Shown piece by piece: positions 39,384 through 54,099 of a stretch of DNA of 64,000 nt. The DNA comes from Cycas panzhihuaensis. Lineage: Eukaryota > Plantae > Cycadophyta. The stretch covers positions 126,735,741 through 126,799,740 of the forward strand of contig CM041465.1 in the NCBI GenBank assembly GCA_023213395.1, in the 5' to 3' direction. The position numbers and the translations under genes are program-made. Below the pieces are notes generated by a model. The model saw only the letters and a program-made list of their open reading frames with translations. It did no database searches and was not told the DNA's origin. Each line of letters opens with the position of its first letter. The first letter of the stretch is position 1.

Positions 39384-42300
39384 AGGTAAAATAAAAAGAG
39401 GTCACTGCTCTCAATAAGATTCATAGAGTTGACTAAGTTATTGAGGCCACACATATAAACGCATAGTGAGGGTAGATGCCCACCGTTAGGCCAATCAGAA
39501 TATGAATCGTAAGACTCTTCTCACATAAGGCCAAAAGATCATGTCTCTCATCTAATGGTTAAATCTATATTCAAAGAAAGTGATCTACCTTATTTGTAAA
39601 AGAATAAGTAATTTGAGATATTATGTATCTTGATGTATTTTATATATACAAGAAGATAATTTATATCTTCTTGTTGTTTAGGAGATTAAAGTCAAATAAT
39701 TGTTGTTGAACTAATTTCTAGGAGTGATGTTGATGTACTCTAAAATAAATAAATGGCAATTCATTATTTTGAATCAAATAAGAAAACCAATGACAAAAAA
39801 GAGTTAAATTTAAGATTCGAAATGTTTACTAGATGAATAAAGAGTGTAGAAGTTATTTTCTTTCCTTGCGTTTGGATGTTACTAATATTGATAACACAAT
39901 GTAGATGATGCACTATAAGGAGCGAATGATTCCCAGGGATTACATCTGCATTCATTTTAGTTTGTAGAAATGGTGCTTCAAAGCTTCTTTAGCTTAAAGA
40001 CATTCCCTTGGGTCAAACTTCAACAAACCTCAAAGATGGGGTGTTGTTTGAAGAAAACCTCTTCTTTAAGGTCTCTATTGAGGAAAGTACCCTTCACATC
40101 CATTTGCTAAATATTTCGATTAAATTAGATTGCTAAGGACATAACCAAATGGAATGTGATCACATTGGCTACCGGTGCAAAGGTCTTGTCATAATCAATC
40201 CCCTCTTGTTATTTAAAACCTCCTACTATAAGGCGAGGTTTGCGAGTGTCATACTTTCTAAGGCCTTTTAACATTTATAGGAGGAGGAACATCCATTAAT
40301 AATTGTTATACCCATTAGGATTTAGTTGAATGCTAGTGGCTTCCACCTGAAGTTCATCAACTAAAATTGGATGTAAAGTTATACTTTCTTGAGTTGTTGA
40401 TGTAGATGCTACTGGAATCGATGAAGGAGCTGGAGTGTAGGAGGAGGCTAGTTTTGATGGCTCAACAATTTGTCCAAGAGTCACTTAAGATACAAAAACT
40501 ACTTCTACTGCTATAATATAAGGTTGAGGTGGAGGTAGGTCTTATGAATCTTCTATAAATATTATATCCCGTGTTACATAAACTTGGTTACCACTATGTC
40601 AAACACTTTATAGGCTTTATAACCAAGTACATAGCTAAGGAAGATGCATTTCAGGCTCTTGTCATCAAGCTTCCTTTTGTTTTCCTTTGAAATATATTTA
40701 TATTCCATGCATCTAAAGATCTTCACGAGTACTACCGATGGTTTCTGACCTGACTAAACTTCTTCAAGAGTAACATTCCTAACTACAATTCTGGGACTTA
40801 TGTTGGTTAGATAAGTAGTTATGGTTGTGGCATCAACCCAAGATTTGGTGGTAAGATTTGCAGGACTAAGCATTGCTTTTCCTTTATTTATCAATGTCTA
40901 ATTCATTCTTTTGACTACACCATTTTGTTGAGTTGTGTGGGGAGATGGGAATTGATGCTGGATGCCATGTTCCTTGCCCAAAATGTTGAACTGATTAGAA
41001 ATATACTCGCCACCATTATCAGATCTAAGGAGCTTGATTATCATTCTACTTTTCTTTTCTATGGCAACTTTGAACTCTTTGAATTTATTTAGGGTTTTAT
41101 ACTTATTTCTCAGGAAATAGACCTACATTTTCCTTGAGATGTCATCTATGAATGTGATGAAATGCCAGTTTTTATTGAGTGGTTAGACAGGTATCAACTC
41201 GTAAATTTCTGGGTGGACCATCTCTAACGGCGCTGGGGATCTCCATGCATTCTTAGAAGGAAAATTTTCTCGTTAGTACTTTTCTATTAGGCAAGCCTGA
41301 CATATGTTGTTGTACCTCTTAATTTTATGTAAACCGTGTACGCTTTGGAGCTTAAATGTGAGGTCCAAGCTTTGCATGTTTAAATGGCTTAGTCATTAAT
41401 TCCATAGATATACTTTGGAGATATTTAAGAAGACAATTTCCTTTCAATATGAGAATTGACCTGGTTCTTATATACAAGGAGACTCTTCATTAATGACTTC
41501 ATTTACCTTATCAGTTTGAGCTGTGTTGGGAATTGAACAAGCTTCATTTTATAGAGTAGTTGTAAGGGGGATAGCACCAAACGTATATAGGCCACCATCT
41601 TCATGTCTTTTGGCCACAGGTTTGCATGTTGCATGATCTGTGATTCTACTAATGCCCTAGCCAAAGAGGACATCTAAATTCGGTTTATTTATTTCATTGA
41701 TAGAGAGCAAGTTCATCTCCATTTCAGGTGCAAGGAATATATTATTGATGTGGTGCCTCGTATTGGAGTCCTTCAAAGCTATTGGAGCACTACCAATTTT
41801 GGTTATTATCGTAAGTCAAATTATCCCCAAATGTGAAAGTTTGAGTATGGATTTGGCGGGTGTTTTCTAACATTTTTTCTAATCCGATCATATATCTCGT
41901 TGCAACTGACTCAAGGAGCCGTGCATCCTCATCAAGTTGTGAAGAAGCCACTGCAAAGAATAGGTTATGGAAGGAGAAATCCTAATTGTCTACCACATTA
42001 CTTCCTTATTATTTATTATTATGCTAGTTCCTTTAATTTTTAATAGTGAATTGCTGCTTATTTTGAGGTCTTTCTCCTTGAGCAGGTCTCAGATTCCAAT
42101 TGTGTTGGTAGAATTGGCCTTATGGTTGGAATGGTGACCCTTCTTATTATTGAATAAGGCCTCTTTATTGGAAATATCAGCCTCCTTGTTATAAAATAAG
42201 ACCTCACTATTATAGAAACAAGGCTCTTGTAGAAGGCATGATCCTTCTTAGTAATATCCTTGTCTTTATTAAGAGTAACTAAGACCTCCTTGTTGATATG

Positions 42301-45300
42301 AGGGTGGTTCTTATTAGTAGATTAGTCCTAATTGTTGATAATAAGAGGTAGCTTATTAGAAGCGAGGCCTATATGATTGGCTCAATTGATTTTACAAGAG
42401 TTGTGAATCAACTTGTCCTCACTTGCATTAACAGAAGTGTCTTTTTTTATCATAGTAGAGGCAACTGACATCTGGTCTAACCTATTAATTCTTTTAAAGT
42501 TGTGCATATGGCTGGTATTGAGACTGCTGATGCCAATGAGTTAGACGGGAGGAGGAGGTGTTAATTGGTTATTACTTCTCTTAGGTTGGTTGTTGATATG
42601 GCTCTTGGGATATGGTCAGAGAATCCAAGTGTTGAGTTAGATCTTGGTGTTGACTAAGCTGTTGAGTTGATCTATTGATAGTCTTACGCTTTTCTGAGTT
42701 ATGGGTCAGAAGGTAGGAGCGGGGTTAGATATACATGTCGCCCTAAGTCAGTTGAGTATATTCTCCTCTTATAACAAGAGTTCCTCACAGGTCGTGAAGT
42801 CTATTTTGGAATAATTACCATGTAATTCAGAAACAAAGGAGTTATATTCTATAGATAGGATGTCAATGATGCTAGAGATTAAATCATGGTTTAAAAGTAG
42901 TTCATTAAGGATTATAAGTTAGTTCCTAGTTATTTTGACTTTAATCAAGTGGTGTGCAACGCTGCCAAAAAAAGTATACCTTTATTAAAACTTTATGAAC
43001 TTAAAGAAGATAAGTTATGAAAATAAGATTAATTTTAGATTCACATATTCATTATAGGGTGTACCCTATGCTTGGCATAAATAATTACACCCAACTAAGA
43101 CATGGGAGAATATTATGAAGTAATTTAAGGAGATATTGTAAAAGTTTTAAAGTAATGAGGTAGTGGAGTTATCTTTCAAGGAAATGAGATAAAGGCTAGT
43201 AGAATTACTATTAATATATATATAAAAAATAAATATTAAAGTTGTAAGTATTATGAATGGAGAAAAAATCATGGATTATAATAAGAGAAACTATTTTATA
43301 AATGGGCTAAATTCTAAAGTAAGGGCCACAATGGTGACTCATTCCTTGAAATGCTTCTATTTCACACATGAGTTGGTATGCAACCATAAACCTTATTATT
43401 TAGATCAGGAGACAAAATGTAATAATTAATAAGCCAAAATATAAATAAACCTTGCTATTAAGTAACAAAAGTAAAGGAGACCTCAAAAGTAGAAGCCTTT
43501 AAAAAGGAAGTCATAAGGTTAAAGTTATAAAGAAAGAAACCTCAACTTACTAAGGAGAAGAAGAACAAAAAAATATAGGGGTAACGAACCGTAATTGAAG
43601 AAGTGGTGTCACATTTGTGATAATAATTCATATTCTAGTAAAAAATGTGACCTAAATGAGAGGAATAATATGGTAAAAAAGTAAAGTATGTGGTGTTATA
43701 TTTGTGATATGGATAACCATAAAATGAATGAACATTATTTTAATATATGTAAAACAAACCAATACAATACAAGTTATGGAAGAAGGAACAACTTAACCAT
43801 GATGCAATATACTAATGAAGTAGGAAGCCATGTGAAAAAGTAATAATGCATGAAGAGAGAGTAAAGGAAATGTACTAAACTACCTAAAATAATAGAGATA
43901 AAATTAATCTATCCTCATAGAAAATACCTATAGAGAGATCAAACATCACGTAATAAGAAGGCTGTCAAAATCTAAGAGGCCCACTAGAGCATATATGCCC
44001 AAACTATTGAGAAAAGTATGTGCTTGGCCTATTCTAGATACCCGTTATAAAGAAGAATGTCCTATCCTAACCTAGACTCTTAAATATACCTAAAACACTA
44101 GACTCAATCTTAAAATATGAGAAGGGACTAACCAGAGCAAGAGGCCTAAAGGAGTTAAGACCATAGGATCCATATGATCTTTAGGTAGGTTCTTGGAAAA
44201 TTATCAATAGTAATGACTCATCTCACATAAGTTTGAGATAGGCTAATAGTACATGCATTTAACTCCAACTAGCATCAAGCTCTAATAGGTAAAATAAAAA
44301 GAGGCCACTACTCTCAATAAGATGCATAGAGTTCACTCAGTTGTTGAGGCCACACATATAAACGCATAGTGAGGGTAGATGCCCACCATTAGGCCAATCA
44401 GAATATGAATTGTAAGACTCTTCTCACATAAGGCCAAAAGATCACCTCTCTCATCTAATGGTTAAATCTAGGTTCAAAGAAAGTGATCTACCTTATTTGT
44501 AAAAGAAAAAGTACTTTGAGATATTATGTATCTTGATGTATTTTGTATATGCAAGAAGATAATTTATATCTTCTTGTTGTTTAGGAGATTAAAGTCAAAT
44601 AATTATTGTTGAACTAATTTCTAGGTATGATGTTGATGCACTCTAAAGTAAATAAATAGGAATTCATTATTTTGAATCAAATAAGAAAACCAATGACAAA
44701 AAATAGTTAAATTTAACAATCAAAATGTTTACTAGATGAATAAAGAGCGCAGAGGCTATTTTCTTTCATTGTGTTTGGACGTTACTAATATTGACAACAC
44801 AATGTAGATGATGCACTATCAAGAGCGAATGATTCCCAGGGATTACATCTACCTTCATTTTAGTTTGTAGAAATGGTGCTTCAAAGCTTCCTTAGCAGAA
44901 AGACGTTCCCTTGGGTCAAACTTCAACAAACCTCGAAGATGGGGTGTTGTTTGAAGAAAACCTCTTCTTTAAGGTCTCTATTGAGGAAAGTACCCTTCAC
45001 ATCCATTTGCTAAATATGTCAATTAAATTAGATTGCTAAGGACATAACCAAATGGAATGTGATCACATTGGCTACCGGTGCAAAGGTCTTATCATAATCA
45101 ATCCCCTGTTGTTATTTAAAACCTCTTACTATAAGGCATGCTTTGCAAGTGTCATACTTTGTAAGGCCTTTTAGCAGTTATGGGAGGAGGAACATCCATT
45201 AATAATTGTTATACCCATTAGGATTTAGTTGAATGCTAGTGGCTTCCACCTGAAGTTCATCAACTAAAATTGGAGGTAAAGTTATACTTTCTTGAGTTGT

Positions 45301-46645
45301 TGATGTAGATGCTACTGGAATCGATGAAGGAGTTGGACTGTAGGAGGAGACTAGTTTTGATGGCTCCACAATTTGTCCAAGAGTCACTTAAGATACATAA
45401 ACTACTTCTACTACTATAATATAAGGTTGAGGTGAAGGTAGGTCCTATGAATCTTTTATAAATATTATATCTCGTGTTGCGTAAACTTGGTTACCAACTA
45501 TGTTAAACACTGTATAGGCTTTACAACCAAGTACATAGCTAAAGAAGATGCATTTCAGGCTTTTGTCATCAAGCTTCTTTTTATTTTCCTTTGAAATATA
45601 TTTATATTCCATGCATCCAAAGATCTGCACGAGTACTACCAATGGTTTCTGACCTGACCAAACTTCTTCAAGAGTAATATTCCTAACTGCAATTCTAGGA
45701 CTTATGTTGGTTAGGTAAGTAGTTATGGTTGTGGCATCAACCCAAGATCTGGTGGTAAGATTTGCAACACTAAGCATGGCTTTTCCTTTATTTATCAGTG
45801 TCTAATTCATTCTTTTGACTACACCATTTTGTTGAGGTGTGTGGGGAGTCGGGAACTGATGTTGGATGCCATGTTCCTTGCCCAAAATATTGAACTAATT
45901 CGAAATATACTCTAAGCCACCATTATCAGATCTAAGGAGCTTGATTATCATTCTACTTTTCTTTTATATGACAACTTTGAACTCTTTGAATTTATTTAGG
46001 GTTTTATACTCATTTCTCAGGAAATAGTCCTACATTTTCCTTGAGAAGTCATCTATGAATGTGATGAAATGCCAGTTTGTATTGAGTGGTTAGACAGGTA
46101 CCAACCCGTAAATTTCTAGGTGGACCATCTCTAACGGTGCTGGGGATCTCCATGTGTTCTTAGAAGGAAAATTTTCTCGTTAGTGCTTTTCTGTTAGGCA
46201 AGCCCCACATATGTTGTTGTACCCCTTAATTTTATGTAAACCTGTACCATTTGGAGCTTAAATATGAGGTCTAAGCTTTGCATGTTTAAATGACTTAGGC
46301 ATGAATTCCATAGGTATACTTTGGAGCTATTTGAGATGACATTTTCCTTACAATATGAGAATTCACTCGGTTCTTATATACAAGGGGACTCTTCATTAAC
46401 GACTTCATTTACCTTATCAATTTGAGCTGTATTGGGCATTGAACAAGCTTCATTATATGGAGTAGTTGTAATGGGGATACCACCCAACCTATATAGGCCA
46501 CCATCTTCATGTCTTATGGCCATAGGTTTGCATGTTGCATGATCTATGATTTTACTAATGCCCTAGCCAAAGAAGATATCTAAATTATGTTTGTTTATTT
46601 CCTTAATAGATAGCTAGTTCGTCTCCATTTCGGGTGCAAGGAAAT

Positions 46646-47029
46646 GATCCCCTCTCTCATCTAATGATTAAATCTAGTTTCAAAAAAAGTGATCTGCGTT
46701 ATTTCTAAAAGAATAAGGACTTTGAGATATTATGTATCTTGATTTATTTTGTATATGCAAGAAAATAATTTGTCTCTTTTTGTCATTTAGGAGATTAAAG
46801 TTAAATACGTGTTGTTCAACTAATTTCTAGGCATGATGTTGATGTACTCTAAAGGCAATTTATTGTTTTGAATCAAATAAGAAAAATCATGACAAAAAAT
46901 AATTAAATTTAAGAAACGAAATGTTTACCAGATGAATAAAGAGCGTAGAAGCTGTTTTCTTTCATTGCGTTTGGACGTCACTAATATTGACAACATAACG
47001 TAGACGACGCACTATCAGTAGCGAATGAT
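46646..47029 (-). repeat. Type-2 kinase 3' flank without coding tail, joined to gag
   Basis: Type-2 diagnostics (TAAAGGCAATT, AAAAATCATGAC); exits via AATGAT at 47024-47029. Confidence 0.85.
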
Positions 47030-50000
47030 GCTAGAGATTAAATCATGGTTTGAAAGTGGTTCATTAAGGATTGTAAGTTAGTTCCTAGTTATTTTGACTT
47101 TAATCAAGTGGTGTGCAACGCTGCCAAAAAACGTATACCTTTATCAAAATGTTATGAACTTAAAGAAGATAAGTCATGAAAATAAGATTAATTTTAGATT
47201 CACCTATTCATTATAGGGTGTACCCTATGCTTAGCACAAATAATTATACCCAACTAAGACATGGGAGAATATTATGAAGTAATTTAAGGAGATATTGTAA
47301 AAGTTTTTAAGTAATGAGGTAGTGGAGTTATCTCTCAGGGAAATGAGATAAAGGCTAGTAGAATTACTTCTAATACGTATATGAAAAATAAATATTAAAT
47401 TTGTAAGTATTATGAATGGAGAAAAAATCATGGATTATAATAAGAGAAACTATTTTATAAATGGGCTAAATTCTAAAGTAAGGGCCACAATGGTGACTCA
47501 ATCCTTGAAATGCTTCCATTTTACACATGAGTTGGTATTACACTTTGAGAAAGAGATGGGCATTTAAAAGGGCAACCATAAACCTTATTATTTAGATCAC
47601 AAGATAAAATGTAATAATTAAGAAGCCAAAATATAAATAAACATTGCTATTAAGTAACAAAAATAAAGGAGACCTCAAAAGCAGAAGCCTTTAAAAAGGA
47701 GAAGAAGAATAAAAAAATATAGGGGTAACAAACCGTAATTGAAGAAGTGGTGTCACATTTGTGATAATAATTCATATTCTAGTAAAAAATGTGACCTAAA
47801 TGAGAGGAATAATATGGTAAAAAAGTAAAGTACATGGTGTTATATTTATGATATGGATAACCATAATATGAATAAACACTATTTTAATATATGTAAAACA
47901 AACCAATACGGTACAAGTTATGGAAGAATGAACAACTTCACCATGATGCAATATACTAATAACGTAGGAAGGCATGTGAAAAAATAATAATGCATGAAGA
48001 GAGAGTAAAGGAAATGTACTAAACTAACTAAAATAATAGAGATAAAATTGATCTATCCTCATAGAAAATACCTATAGAGAGATCAAACATCACCTAATAA
48101 GAAGGCTGTCAAAATCTAAGAGGTCCACTAGAGCATATATGCCTAAACTATTGAGAAAAGTATGTGCTTGGCCTATTGTAGATACCCTTTATAAAGAAGA
48201 ATATCCTATCCTAACCCAGACTCTTAAATATACCTAAAACACTAGACTCAATCTTAAAATATGAGAAGGGACTAACTAGAGTAAGAGGCCTAAAGGAGTT
48301 AAGACCACAGGATCCATATGATCATTAGGTAGGTTCTTGGAAAATTATCAATAGCAGTGACTCATCTCACATAAGTTTGAGATAGGCTAATAGTATATGC
48401 ATTTAACTCCAACTAGCATCAAGCTCTAATAGGTAAAATAAAAAGAGGCCACTGCTCTCAATAAGATGCATAGAGTTCACTCAGTTGTTGAGGCCACATA
48501 TATAAACGCATAGTGAGGGTAGATGCCCACCATTAGGCCAATCAGAATATGAATCATAAGACTCTTCTCACATAAGGCCAAAAGATCACCTCTCTCATCT
48601 AATGGTTAAATCTAGGTTCAAAGAAAGTGATCTACCTTATTTGTAAAAGAATAAGTGCTTTGAGATATTATGTATCTTGATGTATTTTGTATATGCAAGA
48701 AGATAATTTATATCTTCTTGTTGTTTAGGAGATTAAAGTCAAATAATTATTGTTGAACTAATTTCTAGGCATGATGTTGATGTACTCAAAAGTAAATAAA
48801 TGGCAATTCATTATTTTGAATCAAATACGAAAACCAATGACAAAAAACAGTTAAATTTAAGAATTGAAATGTTTACTAGACGAATAAAGAGCGTAGAAGC
48901 TGTTTTCTTTTATTTTGTTTGGACATTACTAATATTGACAACACAACGTAGATGACGCACTATCAGGAGCGAATGATTCCCAGGGATTACATCTACGTTC
49001 ATTTTAGTTTGTAGAAATGGTGCTTCAAAGCTTCCTTAGCTGAAAGACGTTCCCTTGGGTCAAACTTCAACAAACCTCGAAGATGGGGTGTTGTTTGAAG
49101 AAAACCTCTTCTTTAAGGTCTCTATTGAGGAAAGTACCCTTCACATCCATTTGTTAAATATGCCGATTAAATTAGATTGCTAAGGACATAACCAAATGGA
49201 ATGTGATCACATTGGCTACCGGTGCAAAGGTCTTGTCATAATCAATCCCCTCTTGTTATTTAAAACCTCTTGCTATAAGGCGAGCTTTGCGAGTGTCATA
49301 CTTTGTAAGGCCTTTTAGCAATTATGGGAGGAGGAACATCCATTAATAATTGTTATACCCATTAGGATGTAGTTGAATGCTAGTGGCTTGCACCTGAAGT
49401 TCATCAACTAAAATTGGAGGTAAAGTTATTCTTTCTTAAGTTGTTGATGTAGATGCTACTGGAATCGATGAAGGAGCTGGAGTGTAGGAGGAGGCTAGTT
49501 TTGGTGGCTCCATAATTTGTCCAAGAGTCACTTAAGATACACAAACTACTTCTACTGCTATAATATAGGGTTGAGGTGAAGGTAGGTCCTATGAATCTTC
49601 TATAAATATTATATCTCTTGTTGCGTAAACTTGGTTACCAACTATGTCAAACACTTTATAGGCTTTACAACCAAGTATATAGCTAAAGAAGATGCATTTT
49701 AGGATCTTATCATCAAGCTTCTTTTTGTTTTCCTTTGAAATATATTTATATTGCATGCATCCAAAGATCTGCACAAGTACTATCGATGGTTTCTGACCTG
49801 ACCAAACTTCTTCAAGAGTAATATTCCTGACTGCAATTCTAGGACTTATGTTGGTTAGATAACTAGTTATGGTTGTGGCATCAACGTAAGATCTGGTGGT
49901 CAGATTTGCAACACTAAGCATGGTTTTTCCCATATTTATCAATGTCTAATTCATTCTTTTGACTACACCATTTTGTTGAGGTGTGTGGGGAGCTGGGAAT

Positions 50001-51195
50001 TGATGTTGGATGCCATGTTCATTGCCCAAAATGTTGGACTGATTAGAAATATACTCTAAGCCACCATTATCAGATCTAAGGGGCTCGATTATCTTTCTAC
50101 TTTCCTTTTCTATGGCAGCTTTAAACTCTTTGAATTTATTTAGGGTTTTATACTCATTTCTCAGGAAATAGACCTACATTTTCCTTGAGAAGTCATCTAT
50201 GAATGTGATGAAATGCGAGTTCGTATTGAGTGGTTAGACAGGTACCAACCTGTAAATTTCTGGATGGACCATCTCTAACGGCGCTGGGGATCTCCATGTG
50301 TTCTTAGAAGGAAAAATTTCTCGTTACTGCTTTTCTATTAGGCAAGCCCCATATACGTTGTTGTACCTCTTAATTTTATGTAAACCATGTACCATTTGGA
50401 GCTTAAATATGAGGTCCAAGATTTGCATGTTTTAAATGACTCAGGCATTAATTCCATAGGTATACTTTGGAGATATCTGAGATGACATTTTCCTTTCAAT
50501 ATGAGAATTCACCCGGTTCTTATATACAAGGGGACTCTTCATTAACGACTTCATTTACCTTATCAATTTGAGCTATGTTGGGCATTGAACAAGCTTCATT
50601 TTATGGAGTAGTTGTAATGGGGATACCACCCGACCTATATATGCCACCATCTTTATGTCTTATGGCCATAGGTTTGCATGTTGCATGATCTGCGATTCTA
50701 CTAATGCCCTAGCCAAAGAGGATATCTAAATTATGTTTGTTTATTTCCTTGATAGAGAGCAAGTTCGTCTTCGTTCCGGGTACAAGGAAATGATCACCTC
50801 TCTCGTCTAATGATTAGATCTAGGTTCGAAAAAGTGATCTGCATTATTTGTAAAAGAATAAGGACCTTGAGATATTATGTATCTTGATTTATTTTGTATA
50901 TGCAAGAAAATAATTTATATCTTTTTGTCGTTTAGGAGATTAGAGTCAAATAATTATTGTTCAACTAATTTCTAGGTGTGACGTTGATGTACTCTAAAGG
51001 CAATTTATTATTTCGAATCAAATAAGAAAAATCATGACAAAAAATAATTAAATTTAAGAGACGAAATGTTTACCAGACGAATAAAGAGTGTAGAAGCCGT
51101 TTTCTTTCATTGTGTTTGGACATCACTAATATTGACAACACAACGTAGACGACGCACTATCAGGAGCGAATGATTCCCAGGGATTACATCTACGT

Positions 51196-52366
51196 TCATT
51201 TTAGTTTGAAGAAGTGGTGGTTCAAAGCTTCGTTAGTGTAAAGACGCTCCCTTGGGTCAAACTTCAACAAACCACGAAGCAAATCAATGAGGGCTTCTGA
51301 TGAGGGATCCCCATTTTGATTGACAGGATTCCGCAGGCGAGGCAATCTCTGGACTACTCGAACTCATCTCTGGATCACGGCCCGTGGCCAGTTGAGTTCC
51401 CTACCATTTCTAATGTACTCCCTTCCACAATCAGCAGCCCATTTTATCATATGTTGAGGAATTGGTCCCAATACCCATTGCATCATTGCAAGGTGTTCCA
51501 AATCATCATCGGTCTGAAAAAGGGCATTTCCACAGAATAATTTCGCCAAAACGCACCCAACACTAAACAAATCGATAGGATAACTCCATCCAACACCCAT
51601 TACCACCTCAGGTGCTCGGTAACCTCTCGTGGTAACTACCTTATGATGGTATTGGTTCTGGAATGTGGCATTACCGAAATCTATGAGTTTAATTGCACTC
51701 GACGAGGGAATGCACTTATAATGATTCTTACGATCCGAAGAATTCTTGTCATATTCCGAGGAGACGAGAAGAATGTTATCAAGCTTTAGATCAGTATGTG
51801 AGAGAGTGAGCTCATGAATGAATGCAACAACCTCCAACAGCTGACGTGCGAATTCCTGAATCAGAACAAACAGACGAGGGCCAGTGATTATTTCTATGTA
51901 ATAAATCGTATAAACTCGGTCCAAGCTTTTCACAAACAATGCACACATGGGCACCAAAATGAAACCAAGTCTTCAATTTCAGGCAGCCCCGGGATCCATT
52001 AGTATCAAACTCTGCTATCCTGCGAAGAATGTCAATTTCAGTCATAGCTGCAATACCATATTGCCATTCACTGCGTATAACCTTGATGGCTACATGCTCT
52101 TGCTTTTCACCGTCCCAACAATCTAAAACTCTACCAAAAGTTCCTTCGCCCAGTTTGCTAATAATCTTGTACCGAGATGTTATGTTTTCTCCAACCTCAA
52201 ACACGTAGTGCCCATCTTTGTTATCTGGTTGCCATGGATGGGACGCAACAGCATGTACATAGTTAGATCTCATCTCATCACGCTCCTTTTTCTTCCCGTT
52301 ATTGGACGATGACTCTTTAATACGACGACTTGTATAAGGTTGTTTATAATAAACTGCGCTCTCCAT
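51196..52366 (-). pseudogene. Intronless LAMMER (AFC/CLK-family) kinase, copy 2, frameshifted
   Basis: ORF 51812-52366 (GEGTFG, VAIK) and ORF 51364-51957 (HTDLKLDN, DFG, APE, EHLAMMQWVLG). +1 insertion at ~51870 and net -3 small indels at ~51362-51385 versus copy 1. Confidence 0.93.
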
Positions 52367-53579
52367 GCCAAAACCTCTTCTAAGAGATCAACCAAGCAAT
52401 TATTTTAGCGTGTGTATCGAATTATTTTTGATCCTACATACTTTGTAGAAATTATTGAACCACACAATAACAATACACATAAGTTAAAGTGCCTCCACAC
52501 ATAATCGAATTGTGATGTCTTACTGTACAGCTTACTACTTACTATATATGGATCCAGGTATGCGTGCGGCTGACTTATAGCTGAGGTGGCCCACAACACA
52601 TAGAGACACCATAGGCATGTCCTTATTCAGTATGTTTCTCTGCTCAAAACTCCTCCCCGTCCTCTTCCCTTAGGGAAGGATAGCATGGAGTAATTTTATT
52701 GGACATCTATGCCCTTGCTAATACTTCTCATCACCCGAAAAACTAGAACACTTTACAAAGAATCCCATCAAGGACACGACTAAGGAAACCGGCATAGCGC
52801 ATGTGAAACTGCGTCAACTCATTATTTTCTAAAGATGCTTCATAGCATTAATGCTCTCATTTACTTGAAATAACGGTTCATACTCCACCTTGATCTAGAA
52901 CCTTATCTTAAATCCTACCACTATGTCTTAATTTCACAATTGTCAAAGGCACTTATTTATAAAGGACATGGGTTGTTGCCACTAGAATGTATCTATGATG
53001 ATGGAAATGTAAGATAGAAGCCACAAGCAATAACATGGTATCAAATGATAGCTTGCATACTCAAAATTAAGGCTCTCTTAAACATTATTAATGGAAATTT
53101 AAAAAAAATTGAAAAGTGTGTTAACGACAAGAACTCAAGCATAAATAAACCATAATAAATATGAATAATAGAAAATATAAAGAACTTAATCTATGGTTAT
53201 TTGGAAATGCTATTTATGGATACAACATTCGAGATGGGTTATGCTAGAAGGATTACAGTGGGGTTTATCAGAGATAATAGAAACATGATATGAACCATTA
53301 TGAACAACCTCAATTACTGTAAAAGTACCGTGCCAACAAGAATGAAATTTATCGAGGCAAATTCATCATTAACTTTGTTAAAAGGAAAAATGAGTTCAAT
53401 AGGGTAAAATAAATAAAGAAAAATAGTTTGATCATATGTTAAATTACATTGCATTTTGATATCTTCTAGATTGTTTAAGTCATGCAGGCTATCTTCACCA
53501 ACCTTTTCTAGCTTAATGCACCAAGTCTTAAATGCTATGCAATTCAAAAGTTGGTTGCAGATATCTAAATAAAGGGAAT

Positions 53580-54023
53580 TGTAAGAATAGGTACAAGCAC
53601 AATGTCATAGGATCACAAAGACAAAAAATTACAGAAAAATAAATATTGCACATGTAGATAGATTTTACCAGGTGGAAAACCCTTTCTGGGGAAGAAAAAC
53701 CACCTCCTAAGCTATAATTTTATTAAAATAAAAAACTATACAAAGACCTTAAAAAATACCCTCTAAAAACATCAAATCAACCTTTGAAACAGGCTATGGA
53801 CAACCTCCTAGATTCTTGAAACCACGTCCTTGAATCTATAAGAAGGTATTAATAACAAGAAAGGTTCATTGAAATGGGTAGTTGCGCATTTCAATGACCT
53901 TTCACATAATAATTAAATATAAACTCTTAACTTTAAACCTTTGAATCACTTAAATATTTATTTACACATGTGACTTAAATATAACATAACAATAAAATAA
54001 AAGTAACATTAATAATCTTAACA
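53580..54023 (-). repeat. Putative 3' LTR of the outer Copia
   Basis: TGTAAGA...TCTTAACA terminal inverted ends; PPT (AAAAGGGGA on minus) at 54024-54032. Confidence 0.65.
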
Positions 54024-54099
54024 TCCCCTTTTAATGTTAGCTTTTATAATATAGAAAAAGAAGGTCTTCATCATGTTAATTCCCCTTTGACGGAGACTT

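Larger units (their letters stand above)
19636..50790 (-). repeat. Copia/kinase chimeric tandem array, block 2
   Basis: Anchors at 22035, 26227, 34448, 39384, 44287, 48431 and internal restarts at 27902 and 29559. Periods 4192, 1656, 1657, ~4.9 kb, 4936, 4903, 4144. Confidence 0.95.

Noticed and set aside
53314-53547. 77-aa ORF in the unique stretch 52650-53580
   Set aside because: Non-ATG start and no recognisable domain; cannot be supported.
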